DNA from: Camelus dromedarius
Lineage: Eukaryota
Assembly: GCF_036321535.1 (NCBI RefSeq)
Contig: NC_087436.1
Coordinates: 54,128,001 to 54,192,000 of the forward strand
Length of the DNA: 64,000 nucleotides
Reading direction: 5' to 3'
Part shown: piece after piece, positions 1 through 12,762 of the stretch
Layout: each line of letters begins with the position of its first letter
How positions within the stretch are numbered: position 1 is the first letter of the stretch
Translations under genes and position numbers: made by a program
The notes under the pieces: generated by a model
Told to the model about the DNA's origin: nothing
Seen by the model: the letters and a program-made list of their open reading frames with translations, nothing else
The model's database searches: none

Positions 1-560
1 TGATGAGGTTATAAAATAGTGTAGTGAAAATGACATGAGAAGACAATTTCTAAATACATTTTAAATTCCAGAGTCTTCAGAATTTTAAGTTTGGTTAGCT
101 GTAGATGGTTGAGAGGGTTCTCTTTTTTCTAGCTTTGGCAACCAGTAGGAGAGTGATGCAATTAACTGAGGTTGGAAGTGTAAACAATGACTAGCTGCTC
201 TATTTTTGTGTGTATTTTATGATTTGTTTTTGTGTGCAGAGATAATGATTTAGATGTCAAACCAGACAAGTGTGAGTAGGGAAGCAACACACCCACATGA
301 GGATGAACAGCATTTGAAAATGCAGGTGTGAGGTTTAATGGAAAGGTCAAAGCAAGAGGAAATTAGCTGTACAGAATGATGATGAAAGCTATGGAAGCAG
401 ATAAATGATGAATGAGCAAGTGTGAAGCTGGGAGAAAATAGATGTCAGAAGGAGAAGGATGGTCGATAAAAAGGAAACCATTATTTCTGAGAAAGTGAGA
501 ACAGCGTGAGAATTTAGGAAAAAGAATTAGGATATATGATGTACAAGTGGTTGTGGAATT
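1..560 (-). mobile_element. Degenerate LINE-2 fragment(s)
   Basis: Purine-rich degenerate sequence with L2-like motifs (ttttctagctttggcaacc...gtgatgcaattaactgag); boundaries approximate. Confidence 0.5.
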
Positions 561-763
561 CTGATATACCATAGATTTTTAGTCACAAAGTTTAATTATG
601 ATAAACTGTTCATAGTTATAATCCCTATTACAATGAAGTGGGGACAGGAGTGAAAAGTGGGGCAAAGAGGAAGAAGCTTCAGCTCTAATGTTGGGATAGA
701 AAGAATTCCCATTTTCAAGGTCCTCTTTGAACAAGTCTAGAAATCTAAGTTAGACTTCTCTGA

Positions 764-880
764 GGGGGACTGTATAGCTCAAACGGTAGAGCACCTGCTT
801 AGCATGCACGAGGTCCTAGATTCAAGCCCTGATACCTCCATTAAAAATAAATAAACCTAATTACCTTCCCCCTACTAAAA
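764..880 (+). mobile_element. tRNA-Ala(AGC)-derived SINE, camelid Vic-1 type
   Basis: GGGGG..TATAGCTCAAACGGTAGAGCACCTGCTTAGCATGCACGAGGTCCTAGATTCAAGCCCTGATACCTCCA head with A box (~775-786) and degenerate B box (~819-829), followed by AAAAATAAATAAACCTAATTACC tail recalled from Vic-1. Confidence 0.85.
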
Positions 881-1054
881 CAATTTTGTATTAATCCATA
901 ATTTGCTTACATGCCATTATTAATCATTATAATTAAAATGGGCTCTAAACTCTCAAGATGAGTTACTATTACTTTCTCACATTTAGTCAACATTTCCCTG
1001 TGTGCTTTATTCAATTAGGCTCTCTCCTTTAGTCACAGTTAAAAATACAATGTA

Positions 1055-1295
1055 TATTCATTCATTCACTCATTGACATCTCATTGAGTGCCATGTGTCA
1101 AGCAGAATGCAAAGTGCTGGGAATACAAAGATAACCCTTGAAATGCTCTCTGTCAAGGGATATTAGAGCTTCGAGAGGGAGGGGTGGTCAGCAGTATCAA
1201 ATATGGCACAAAGGTCAATCCTGAGACGGGAGCAGAGGCTACTGGATTTAGCAGTAAAAAAATCATAGAGAGAGCCGTTTTAGTAGTGTGTCAGT
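1055..1295 (-). mobile_element. LINE-2 3' end fragment
   Basis: TTCATTCATTCACTCA...ATTGAGTGCC...GTGCTGGGAATACAAAGAT is the reverse of the L2 3' terminus. Confidence 0.6.
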
Positions 1296-1444
1296 GTAAA
1301 TGTACATACTCTTGAATTCTTCAAACTCCTACCTATGTTACCATGCTCAGATTCCCAACAATATAGCCCAAGGGCACAGTCTTTGTTTCTCAACAGAGGT
1401 TATATGATGAACTCTAATTTCCGGGTGGTCTGGACCTCAGAACT

Positions 1445-1645
1445 GTGTACCAGCCGGGATTCTTAGTTCTAAGCGATAATACCAGCTCTGCTAGACATCA
1501 GCAGAAAAGGATTTTAGTAAAGGGTATCGGATACCTCTCAAAATCTCTGGAAAGAAAGGAGAATCCGTTTCGGAAGCTACACAAATAGGAACCAAGTCAG
1601 AAGCCTGAAGCCAATCGAGTCCTATAAAGACACACTGCCTAGACA
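1445..1645. mobile_element. Old MaLR (MLT1-type) LTR fragment
   Basis: TGTACCAGCCGGGATTCTTAGTT...AGCAGAAAAGGATTTT..AAAGGGTATCGG resembles old MLT1 termini. Confidence 0.45.
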
Positions 1646-1650
1646 CTGCA

Positions 1651-2765
1651 TTTTTTAAAGACTATTTTTTAGAGCAGTTTTAGGTTTACAATAAAATTGA
1701 GAAGATATAGAGATTTCTCATGCTACCCCCTTCCCCACACATGCATAGCCTCCCCTGCTATCAACATCACTCACCAGAATAAGTCTTTTTTTTTTTTTAA
1801 ACCAAGGATGAATCTACATTGTCATATCATAATCACCCAAAGTCCATAGTTTAACTTTGGGTTCACACTCGGTGTTGTACATTCTGTGAATTTGGACCAA
1901 TGTATCATGTATGTGTAATGACAAATATTCATCATTATGAAGCCATAAAGAGTATTTTCACTACCCTAAAAATCCTCTGTGCTCTGAGTATTCATCTTTG
2001 CCCCTGACTTCCAGAAATCCCTAAACTTTTTATTGTCTCCGTAGTTCTGCCTTTTTAAGAAAGTCATTTAATTGGAACTACATATTTGTAGTAGTCTTTT
2101 TAGATTGCAGTGTTATGCATTTAATGTTCCTCTGTGTCTTTTCATGACATGCTTAATGGTTCATTTCTTTTTAGTAATAATATTCTATTGTCTCAATGTA
2201 CCATAGTTGTTCATTCACCTACTGAAGTACATCTTTGTTGCTTCCAAGATTTGGCAATTATGAATGAAGCTGCTATACACATCTGTGTGTAGGTTTTTGT
2301 GTGGATATAAGTTTTCAACATCTTTGGATAAATTCTAAGGATCAAAATAGCTGAATCACTGGTAGGAATGTGTATAGCTTTGTAAGAAATCACCAAACTT
2401 CCAATTGTCTTCCAAAGTGGCTGCACTGTTTTGTATCCACCAGCAATGTAGAGAGTTCCTGATGTTCCACATCCTCTCCAGCATTTGGTATTTTCAGTAG
2501 TTTGGATTTTGGCCATTCTAATAGGTACATAATGGTATCTCATTATTGTTTTAATTTGCAATTTCCTAGTGACATACGATGTGGGGCATTTTCACATATG
2601 CATATTTGTCATCTGTATATCTTCTCTGGTGAGTGTCTGTTCCGATTCTTGGCCCATGCTTTAATCAGGCTGTTTGTTATTATTGCGTTTTAAGAGTTCT
2701 TTGTGAATTTTGGATAATAGTCCTTTATCAGATGTCTCTTTTTGCAAATATTTTTTATAGTCTGT
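1651..2765 (-). mobile_element. LINE-1 3' portion (ORF2 C-terminus + 3' UTR), old L1M type
   Basis: Minus ORF 2211-2561 reads MQIKTIMRYHYVPIRMAKI..KCWRGCG..TVQPLWKT (L1 ORF2 C-terminal Cys-rich region); T-rich 3' end at ~1651. Confidence 0.9.
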
Positions 2766-3250
2766 GGTTTGCTGCTGTAACAAATTACCACAAATATATT
2801 GGCTTAAAACAACACAAATTAATTTTTTTACAGTTTGGAGGTCTGAAGTCCAAAATGGGTCTCACTGGGCTAAAGTCAAGGTGCTAGAAGGACTGCATTC
2901 CTTCTGGAGGCTCTAGGGGAGAATCCATTTCCTTGCCTTTTCCGTATTTCAGAAGCTGCCTGCATTACTTGTGGTCCCTTCTTCCATCTTCAAAGCCAGG
3001 AGCATAGAATCTTCAAATCGCTCTCTGATTCTAACTCTTTTGCCTCCCTCTTCCACTTATAAGCAGCCTTGTGATTACACTGGGCCCACCGAGATAATGC
3101 AGGATAACCTCCACAGCACAAATTCATCTGATTAGCAACCTAAACTCTATCTGCAACCGTAACACCCCCTTGCCATGTAACCTAACTTATTCACAGGTTT
3201 TGGGGATTAGAACATGGACATCTTTGGGGGATCATTACTCTGTCTATCAC
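2766..3250 (-). mobile_element. MaLR LTR (MLT1C/D-like)
   Basis: GCTGCTGTAACAAATTACCACAAA..GGCTTAAAACAACACAAATT..GGAGGTCTGAAGTCCAAAAT; ends ..CTGTCTATCACA. Confidence 0.85.
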
Positions 3251-3399
3251 AGAAGGCATTATAATTTCAAGTCAGAGGGAAAAAGAGATTATAGATGGTA
3301 CCGAAGTGAGTGGCTAGCCAATTGGAAAATCAGAAATAGGTCTATCTACTCCTAACCTAATGAAAATAGCTGGATTAAACTCTTAAGTTTTATTAAACA

Positions 3400-3730
3400 A
3401 AAGCACAAATGTATAAGAAGAAAACATGAGTGAGTGAGGTAGACATTTTAAAGAATATCATGAAAATTAGAAGCCACTAAATGAACAATTCTAAAGTTTC
3501 TGTGCAAACATTTGTGTGGAAAATTATCTCAAATATAGTAAACAACAATCAATAAACTGCAAACTCGAAAAAAATTTTTGTGACACATTTGCTAAACAAA
3601 GGGCCAGTGTCTAGTACACAAGGGGCTCTTAAATCAATGGGAAAAGGACAAGCGACCCAATAAAAAATATAGAAGTTGGCAAAGAAAGTACAGTCGACAG
3701 AAGAAGTATGAGTGGATACGAAATACATAG
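3400..3730 (+). mobile_element. Highly diverged L1 (L1ME-like) fragment
   Basis: Degenerate L1 ORF2 3' motifs (AAATCAATGGGAAAAGGACAAG..CCCAATAAAAAAT..GGCAAAGA). Confidence 0.5.
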
Positions 3731-6589
3731 CTTTTTCTTTTACTTTGAACATGTTTGAGTTCATAATTCAGAAACAAACTTTTAACGTAGGCTTTACACT
3801 AGGTAACATATAAGAGTCTTTCCTAGTCTATCAAGGATTCTAAATTTTGTGAGTATTTTGTGAGACATATTAGAGCAAAAAGATGGTCTATAAGTACTGC
3901 ATAACACATAAGAATTTTAAATACAGAAATTATTACAAGTTTTTAAGTCTTGCTAAATTCACAGAACTAATTTTTTTCCATTGGATACATTAAAATATAA
4001 AAAAATCACAGTGATTACTTTCTGCTAGTAATTCAGAAGATATCTTAATTATTGTATATTAACATTGTAAACTGTAAACTGAGATTAGGGTGAGGATCAT
4101 TCATACTTTAAAAAATCTACTTAAAATTACAAATTAAAAAGTTTTGTTTCATATTAACTAGTCAGTGAGAATATTATCGCAATGGTTTCACAGGTATTCA
4201 AGAATTAAAATTTGGTAAAATGTTTTTGATTAAGTTCTCTGTACCTCATTTGCAATTTACTTTGTTTTTTACGCAGTGGGAAAATGCAAGTGTCTCTCAT
4301 AGGAACTTTCATATTCATAGTCTTAAAAATATTCTCAAATCCCCTGGGACTTACCATGAATATTTAACCTGCTTTATTATTTTTCAGGTCAGTGTAGCTG
4401 AAGGGGGAGCTTTTTAAATAATACCATGCTTTAGGGGGTAGTTTTTAGTTTCATTACTTTTATTAAGTCAAATGCTGTCATAAAAGGGGTACTTTTATTT
4501 TCGACCAAGGCAAAATAACTATAGCTTTCAATTTTCATGTAATGAATATATTCTGGAAGTAATGGCTGCAGTCCTCAAACAGAAAGGATGGTTTAAAATG
4601 ATAATGTGAAATAATTTTACTTTCATGATCCTATATTGCTCTTTTAGCGTTAGCATTTTGGTTTAAATTCTTGAACACAATCCATTTGCTCTGCTTGTTT
4701 TGTAGATGTTCCTTTCCCTAGAGGATTTTTCAGAGTATTGCATCAGCTTGTGTTCTCCAGGTCCTCATTTCTGAATCTGAAAATAGGCTCCCAAAGAAAT
4801 TATAGCTAAGTGAGACCTCATTACTTATATACATTTTGTTTGAATATATGGCCTAGGAGTTGAATCTATCATCAGCTCTTTTCTGATCCCAATTACTAAG
4901 ATAGTTCAGTATTTTCCACCATCATTATTGTAACTGAAAGAGAAATATTTTTTAAGAAGGCACACCTAACATTAGAAATGCAACTGATTTAATCTTCATT
5001 GGCACTGTAATTAAAATAAAATGATGATGACTGTGCATATACATTGTATTATTTCTGTTGTAAATAGTTGGAGTATTTTAGTACTAATTTTTTGTAATTT
5101 TCTAGCTAGACATCAGCACATAAATTACTCTCCTATTGATGTTCCATAGACACTGTCAGTTCTACATAGAGATGCCTGTGTCTATAGTCTTCAAAGTGTC
5201 AATGATGATAGTAAAATAACATATTACAGAGGCAAAACTGCCCTCTTCATCTCTGGAAATATCCCTATTTAATTAATTAAGATTTTATAAGCTTTCTAAT
5301 CACCTAGGTTTTCTTAACAGAGCTACCATGTGTTTAGAGAATGTGTTTAAGGCTTTGTGAATTCATGATCTTTTAGATCTGAGAAGATGTTTTAAAATAC
5401 AGATAAATATTAAAATTTTTATTTCCACTGTAGCCTGGATTATAATATTTCAGATTCATTCTATTAAAAAAAGTAGGATGTGTGTGAGTGTGTGATCTGT
5501 ATTTTGGGTCTAGGGGCAACATTTAGAAGTTCACGCAAATATTAATTTCTCAAACTGTGAGTGAGAAAGTAGTTGTGACATATTGAAATTACATTTAAAA
5601 CATAATTTTGCCGTGATGATTGCAAAACATGGAAAATCACTCACAGCTTCCCTGCGTTGCAGCTGTGACTTCTGGCCAATTCAATCCTGGGTGATTTGAA
5701 GAGAGATGCTAAGAACAACACATGGCCAATTTTCAAGAAAAAGAAACATTTCATCCATAGAGTTTTGTAACTCATCAAAGTTTATGTTACACCTCCCCCT
5801 TTTATTCTGATAATAACAGAAACTTTGTCTCACTTGAGAAATTGCTGTACCAGCTTTTCTTCACAAGGTGTTAAGTGAGGAGGAGTCCCTTGGGGTTGAG
5901 TCCCTTTTGGGGTCCAGCGGTGTCAGTTGATCTTCTCACTGTTCCTGTGTGCTGCCAGACACTCAAGGATTATGGCAGAGGATCAGTTTGATTTTTCTGA
6001 AAGAACCAGCTTTCTTGTAGGCTGCCCATATGAATCAGGAAAGTGGAGGTGGAGTTTTCTGGAGATAGTGGAAGAGATGCTATTGAGAGGCAAGTAGAAG
6101 TTTCCAAGTGTAACTGACAAAGATCTGCTATGGGGACACAGGTGGGGGGAGCCAGCGCCATGGATGTATATGAGACTTTGAAAAGGCCAGTTGCTCTCAT
6201 AGCTCCAACCCAAAGTTAGAGGTATTTGGTAAGAAAAAAATGTCAGATTTGGACCAGAAAAAATGATTTATTTTATTTTTCCCCAATGAGTTCAGTTGTG
6301 GGTTTTCTCACATGAAAGCCATGATGGGTGAGAAAGGTTGCAGGCCTTGCTCAGCGACCACACGAAAACAATGGCTAAGGGTACTGAACAGTAGGTCACC
6401 TCAATGATTCTCAACAGCGTCACACCCTACCAATGCAGAACGACGTAGAGAAGTGTGGTTGAGAAACTGGAGGGCATAAAAGTTGCTAGAGCCTCGCTGG
6501 CAGGGGTGTGGTGTTGGGCGAGGCATTTCCTTACTGCCAGATTAATTAGGTCAACTTTTCACTGGATGCCAAACTCTTTATTGTATTTA

Positions 6590-7250
6590 AAACAACTGCA
6601 CTATCTATAAATCTAATTAGATAATTGTGCATATAATTATTAGTTGAAATGCTTTTCTCATTAGATGGTGAATTTCTCGAGGGCAGAGAGCATGACTGCT
6701 TTACTGCCACAAACCTAGTGACAGGCACACAGTTCATAGTCAAGACATATTTGTTGAATGAACTAATGGTAGCAAATTGGATGAAAGCAAAAATGTCCTG
6801 CAGTTTCTTCAAGCTGTATATTCATGAAATGAAATTTACCTTAGCGCTGTCCTTCCAATCTGCTGCTCTTCCTGTATTCATTAATGTGGCTAATGGCATC
6901 ATCACTTATCTGGTCTCCCAAATTAGAAAGCTCAGAGCCATTCCGCATTCCTCTTTCTTCCCCAATCTATGTATAATTGACCTTCAGTTTTTTCATTTTG
7001 CTTTAGACTGTCTCTAGATTCTGATTCTTTTTCTCCCCTTATAATGCCATGATCTTAATCTAGGCTTTTATTATCTAATTATCCAAAATACTGCAACAGC
7101 CACTTAATGGAACTCTTAGCCACTAATTTCCACCCATTTCAGTCTATACAATGCTATTGGGGGTATTTTCCAAAACGCTGGTGTGTGAACACGTTTCTGT
7201 TTATAATTTTTCATTGGTTCTCTATTAACTAAAAAATCACCTTATATCAC
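6590..7250 (+). mobile_element. LINE-2 fragments
   Basis: ATTAGATGGTGAATTTCTCGAGGGCAG...ATATTTGTTGAATGAA 3' end, followed by pyrimidine-rich L2 body. Confidence 0.6.
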
Positions 7251-7254
7251 TTAA

Positions 7255-7880
7255 AGAGTGGTCCTTATTGGGAATAATACTGCTTCCTAAGGATATTTGC
7301 AAATTTGTGGGTGCATTTTGGACTGTCACAGAATTGGGAGTACTACTGGTTTTTGCTGGGCAGGCGCCAGGGAGGCTAGATGTTCTACAATGCATGGATA
7401 GTCTTGCTTAAGAAAAAATTATTTCATGTCTTGCACAACTTTTAAATGACTCCCAAGAAATTCATGTAAGTGGGAAACATATAAGCATTTAAATAGATGT
7501 TTTACAGGAATGGCTATATTGTGTAAATTGAGGGAAGTATGTATTTAGTTTTGTTCAGAACTTTACAAAAGTTGTTTGCCATTTTGGAGAAACATGTCAC
7601 TGATGGCGGATGCTGCTTGAGGTATTTGAATTGCCAAAAACACACCCACACGTGTGGCTATCACATTCGTGGTGCATCTATACATAGATGCAGGCATCTG
7701 ACTGCGTCATGTTTTCCTTTCCAGTTTAGTTGTGCACAAGCATTGACCTACTGAAATACATACTATTTTAATATAAATATTTTTATTTCTCTTACATGAC
7801 ATTAAATGTCATATTGATTTTTTGAAATCATGTGTAAGTCAGTTTTATTATCCATGAATTTCATTTCAGGAGAGTAACAG
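7255..7880. mobile_element. hAT-Charlie DNA transposon relic (MER20B/MER3-like)
   Basis: GGGAGTACTACTGG..GGGCAGGCGCCAGGGAGGCTAGATGTTCTACAATGCATGGATAGTC motif. Confidence 0.55.
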
Positions 7881-8244
7881 GAACACATATTTATTTATCA
7901 TAAGAATTTAAAATTATAATTGTATTTAAAATTATATATGAAGATTATGATTATATATCTCAGGTTTATTCACACTATACTCATGTGGTCAAAGAAAATG
8001 AAATTTTAAAATTTTCTCTAGGGCTTATCTGTTAAGTCCTTACTTGTGTACTAGGGAAAAGAAAATTAAAAAAATTTTTAATCTAAACCTATAAATGTAA
8101 TCCAGTAAAAAAAAATTTAAACATCCATTTGGATAAATATGTCAGTGTCTCAGATTTCTTCTCTCTCCACTATTACTCTCTGAGTCTCTGGGCTAGGAAG
8201 AGAGGGTGGTACAGGATCTGGTGATGGTGAAGGGAGGAGTTCAT

Positions 8245-9090
8245 TGTTCCCTATCTAGATGACCTCCTCCTGCCCCTGGGCTTTAAATCCATTCATATGC
8301 TGCAGATAACCTGAAGACTAATCTCTCATCTCCAACTGTCAGTTGCCCTGCTCTGGACTGGTATATCCATCTCCCAAGTTGGTATCTTCACTTGGATGTC
8401 TAGTGGCATCTCCAACTTAACATGGCCAAGAGAAGACTCTTGATTCCACCTCTCCCCAAATCCACTCATCTCCCATTGAACCTTCCCCATATCAGAAATG
8501 GCCACTGTACCCCAGTTGCTCAAACCATCAGTCTCCATTCCTCTCTTTGCCTCACATCTCAGTGTGATCCATCAGCAAGATCTATTGGCTCTACTTCCAA
8601 ATACAGGCCAGGTCTGACAGCAGAAAGTCAATATTTCTGCTGTTATAACTAAGCTACTGTCATCTCTCATTTGAACCACTAAAATTGCTTCCTGACTAGC
8701 CTCCCTGTTTTCACTTTTGTCCCTTACACTCTACCCTTCACACAGCTCCTGGAATTATCTTTCTAACAGGTAAATCAGATCATTTCACTCTCCTTCATGA
8801 TTCCCCACTGGAATCAGAATAAAATCCAAGCTCTCTACCAAGGCCTGCATAGCCTATATCTTCTCCCTCTGCCTCCCTCTCTTACTTCATCTCCTGCCAC
8901 TGTCTGCCTCCTTCATAGTGGTCTAGCCAGCTTCAGACCTTCCTCCAGATCTGCATGTGCTGCCTCCTCCTCACCGTTCAGGGCTCAAGACAAAAATCAC
9001 TTCATCAGAAATTTCCCCCTGTCTTTTTCATCTCTGTATCCTCACATCAAAACATCTGGCTACTCAAAAAATACATGTTAGTTGGATGAT
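8245..9090 (+). mobile_element. LINE-2 (L2a-like) 3' region
   Basis: GGCTTTAAATCC..ATATGCTG, CTTCACTTGGATGTCTAGTGGCATCTCCAACTTAACATGGCCAA and other L2 motifs; accounts for ORFs 8326-9081. Confidence 0.75.
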
Positions 9091-9560
9091 TAGCTAATTT
9101 CTGCTATGAAAAGGCTGGATTCTCCTTGGACAGGTAAGCATCGAGGTACAACTTTTGGGGTGATATGGTGGCATCCACTGCTGGAGCCTGGTCATTTGAC
9201 CTGAGCCTTTAAGTTTGCTCACAATGTTCTTTCTATGATCCCAGGCTACACTGGTCTACTGGTACTCTCAGCACTTTCAGGCTCCTTCTCTAAAGCATTC
9301 AGGAACTTCTGGGGTCCCTGGAGGACATACATAGGCCATGAGCAGGCAGGAGATATGCCTCAGGTGTATTTATGTGGCCATCACCCATCCCCATCTCCAC
9401 ACCATGGTTCCCATGCCATGTTGGACATTGTACTGAGTGAAGGGTGGGGATCTCCCAGGAGAGTGGCCTCCCCAGTGCTGCTCCTAAGGAATGAGTCCCT
9501 AGAGCCAATGTTCTCGGTCTTGATCATTTCTGTTCCGATGTTTCTAAATGCCCTTGTCTC

Positions 9561-10509
9561 ACATACAGATGGCCAACAGGTACATGAAAAGATGTTCAAT
9601 ATTGCTAATTATTAGAGAAATGCAAATCAAAACCACAATGAGGTATCACCTCACATCATTTAGAATGGCCACCATCCAAAAGTCTACAATAATAAATGCT
9701 GGAGAGGATGTGGAGAAAAGGGAACCCTTCTACACTCTTGGTGGGGATATAAATTGGTGCAACCAGTATGGAAAACAGTATAGAGGTTCCTTAAAAAACT
9801 AAAAATAGAACTACCATATGACCCACCAGTCCCACTCTTGGGCACACATCCAGAAAAGATGAAAACTCTACTTTGAAAAAATAATGCATCCCCATGTTCA
9901 TAGCAGCACTATTTATAATAGCCAGGACATGGAAACAACCTAAGTGTCCGTCAACAGATGAATGGATAAAGAAGAGGTGAGATATCTATCTATCTATCTA
10001 TACATGTAGATAGATAGATATATACATGAATATTACTTAGCCTTAAAAAAGAATCAGATACTGCCACTTACAGCAACATGGATGGACCTAGAGATTCTCA
10101 TAATAAGTGAAGTAAGTCAGACAAAGAAAGACAAATATTATATGATATCACTTGTATGTGGAATCTAAAAAAATGATACAAATGGATCTATATGCAAAAT
10201 AGAAACAGACTCACAGACATAGAAAACAAACTTATGGTTACTAAAGGAGAAAGGGTGGGGAAGGATAAATCAGGAGTCTGGGGTTAACAGATACCAATTA
10301 ACTGTTACAAATTTTATATATAAAATAAATAAGCAAAAAGATTTACTGTATAATACAGGGCATTATATTCGATAACTTGTAATAACCTATAATGAGTAAG
10401 AATCTGAAAAAAGGTATATAACTCAATCACTTTGCTGTACACCTGAAACTAACACAATATTGTAAATCAACTACATTTCAGTTTAAAAAATTAAAAATAA
10501 ATGAATCAG
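9561..10509 (+). mobile_element. 5'-truncated L1 (artiodactyl/camelid type) with TSD
   Basis: ORF2 C-terminus ([15 protein letters not shown]..), 3' UTR and A tail; flanked by TAAATGCCCTTGTCTC (9545-9560) and TAAATGCCTTTCTCTC (10510-10525). Confidence 0.92.
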
Positions 10510-12302
10510 TAAATGCCTTTCTCTCTCATGCGCCACCTTCCACCTGCAGCCCCTCTGCTCACTGCAGAAACCGGGAGGAAAGAGGAGACATCCTCCAGGT
10601 GTCACTCTCCCTATTTCTTGTCTTTCTGTATAATGTATGGGACTGAAAGAGGCAGACTTTTCTGACTTAACCTTCCTGCCTGAATTGACTCACCTTTACA
10701 CAAATGGTATAGGCTGGCTTTGAAGTATTAAGGGGAGGGATCAAGGAAATTAGTAAATCCTTTTCTCTCTCTTACAAAACCTGGCTCTCTCAATTACCAT
10801 CTTTCTAAAAAAGTTAAGAAAGTCTACTTTAAGACTTAAAGCTAATCAAAGTTTATTTTATTTTACAGTATTTCTCCTACCATGACATGCTAAGCCTCAC
10901 AGCTTGACTTTGGACATTCAAGAATGCAAAGGAACGTGCTTTAATGGGGACATTAAAATGCACTGATTTAGTATTTCTAAAAATATTATCCTTACTACAT
11001 ATACATATACATATACTACAATCTGCTTTATCATCTTATCCTCATTTCCTGCTATGCTCTATCTGCTACACAAATCCTATTTTTTTAGACACAATAAATT
11101 TCTTAACATTTTCTGAGTACAACATACTCCATGAATTAGCACAGCTGTTTATTTTGCCTAGAACATCCTTCTCCAGCGTATTCTCTGCCTGGCAGTCTTT
11201 TATCCTTCCAGATTTAGCTCAAATGTCATCTCCCAGAGAAGCCTTCTTCGACCAACTTGTCTTCCGTAATGTCATAGCAGTATGTAAATATCACCACAGT
11301 AGCATGCATCACATTAATAAAATTATAATTATTTCTTTACCACTGGTTTGTTCAGCACTTCAATGGCAAGAGCAGAATTTCACACATCTCTTTACCAACA
11401 GACCCTATTATTCTGGCTAAACATATTTCTTCTCGTCATTTAATTTAGATAGAACAAATTTAGTATTACATAGGAAAAGATTATCGAATTCCTACAATAA
11501 TATAATTTTTCCTTTAATTTGCTACATGAAAATGTGAAAGCAACAAAGAGTAAGAACAAAGAGTTTTATAAATCTGAAATCCTTTCTCACTTTATCTCTT
11601 TTCTATTTTTTATGCAAAGGATAAAGAATTCATGTTAGAAAAGAAATTGTGGTGTGTTTTTTAAAAAAAATCCATGACTTTATACAAACTTCAAAAAGAA
11701 TTAAAAACTAATATTTAAAAAATCCCACACATTCTATTCTACATTAATAAACAATGAGAGTGTTTTAGATAAAATATTCTAATCAGGCTTCAATGAATGA
11801 ATATGCTGAACTAGAGAAAGAAAGGAAAGATTAAGACAGCAACTAATTGTACAATTTAAACATCAATTAAAAACAAAATAAAAGGCTTTTGTTTTATGAA
11901 AAGAAAGTCAGATAACAAGCTTGTGAAATTATGTCCTATCTTCTTTCCTTCATTTCCTTCTTTCATAGTGAAATAAAAGCAGAACTTGTCTATCACAAGT
12001 AGGGAAAGGTATGCATGTAAAAGCCACCACTCAGGGGAAGGCTGTGTTCTCAAGAGGCTAAAGTGAGAACTTGGAGACCTTGCCTTTTCTTTAATGCTCT
12101 GTGCTGTTTTGTTCAATCAAAACATGTTTGCTTTAACCTACTCCCAGTGTAACCTTTCGGCTATTGTTTCCCTATTTGAGCTTCAGAATCAGAACATATT
12201 GTTTCTTTACCTTTGCAAAACTCAGCAGCTGTAAAAATGTAACATTTCCTTTAAAAGATGTAAGAGGATGCCTGTGAAATATTTAGGTTTTTTCGTTAGG
12301 TA

Positions 12303-12762
12303 TGTGTAGTGGGTTCAATAGCATTCCCCCAAGATTCACATCCACTGAGAATCTAAGAATGTAACCTAATTTGGAAATAGGGTCTTTGCAGATGTAATTA
12401 GTTAAGGATCTTGATATGAGATCTTACTGGGTTAGAGTGGGCCCTAACTCCAATGTCAAGTGTCCTTAGAAGAAGAGGTGAATAAACACAGAGACATACA
12501 GAGAAGGCTGTGTGAAGATAGAGGTAGAGATTGAAATAACACAGCTAAAAGCCAAGGAATGCAAAGAACTGCTGGGAGCTACCAGAAGCTGGAAGCAAGC
12601 AAGAATTTTTCCCTAGAGACTTCAGAGGGAGCATGACCCTGTAGACAATTTGATTTGGGGCTTGCTTCTGACCTCCGAAACTCTGAGAGAAAAAAATTTC
12701 TGTTGTTTTAAGCCACCAAGTTTGCAGTAATTATTTTATAGAAGTCTTAGGAAACATACTAT
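12303..12762 (+). mobile_element. MaLR solo LTR (MLT1B/C-like)
   Basis: TGTAGTGGGTT..CCCCCAAGATTCACATC..GGAAATAGGGTCTTTGCAGATGTAATTAGTTAAG..TTTCTGTTGTTTTAAGCCACCAAGTTTG. Confidence 0.9.

Noticed and set aside
764..840. tRNA-Ala gene
   Set aside because: Acceptor and T stems and the B box are degenerate, and it is followed by a SINE tail; it is a SINE head.
10944..11420. 158-aa ORF
   Set aside because: Lies in pyrimidine-rich L2-like sequence; no recognisable domain, splice context or promoter.
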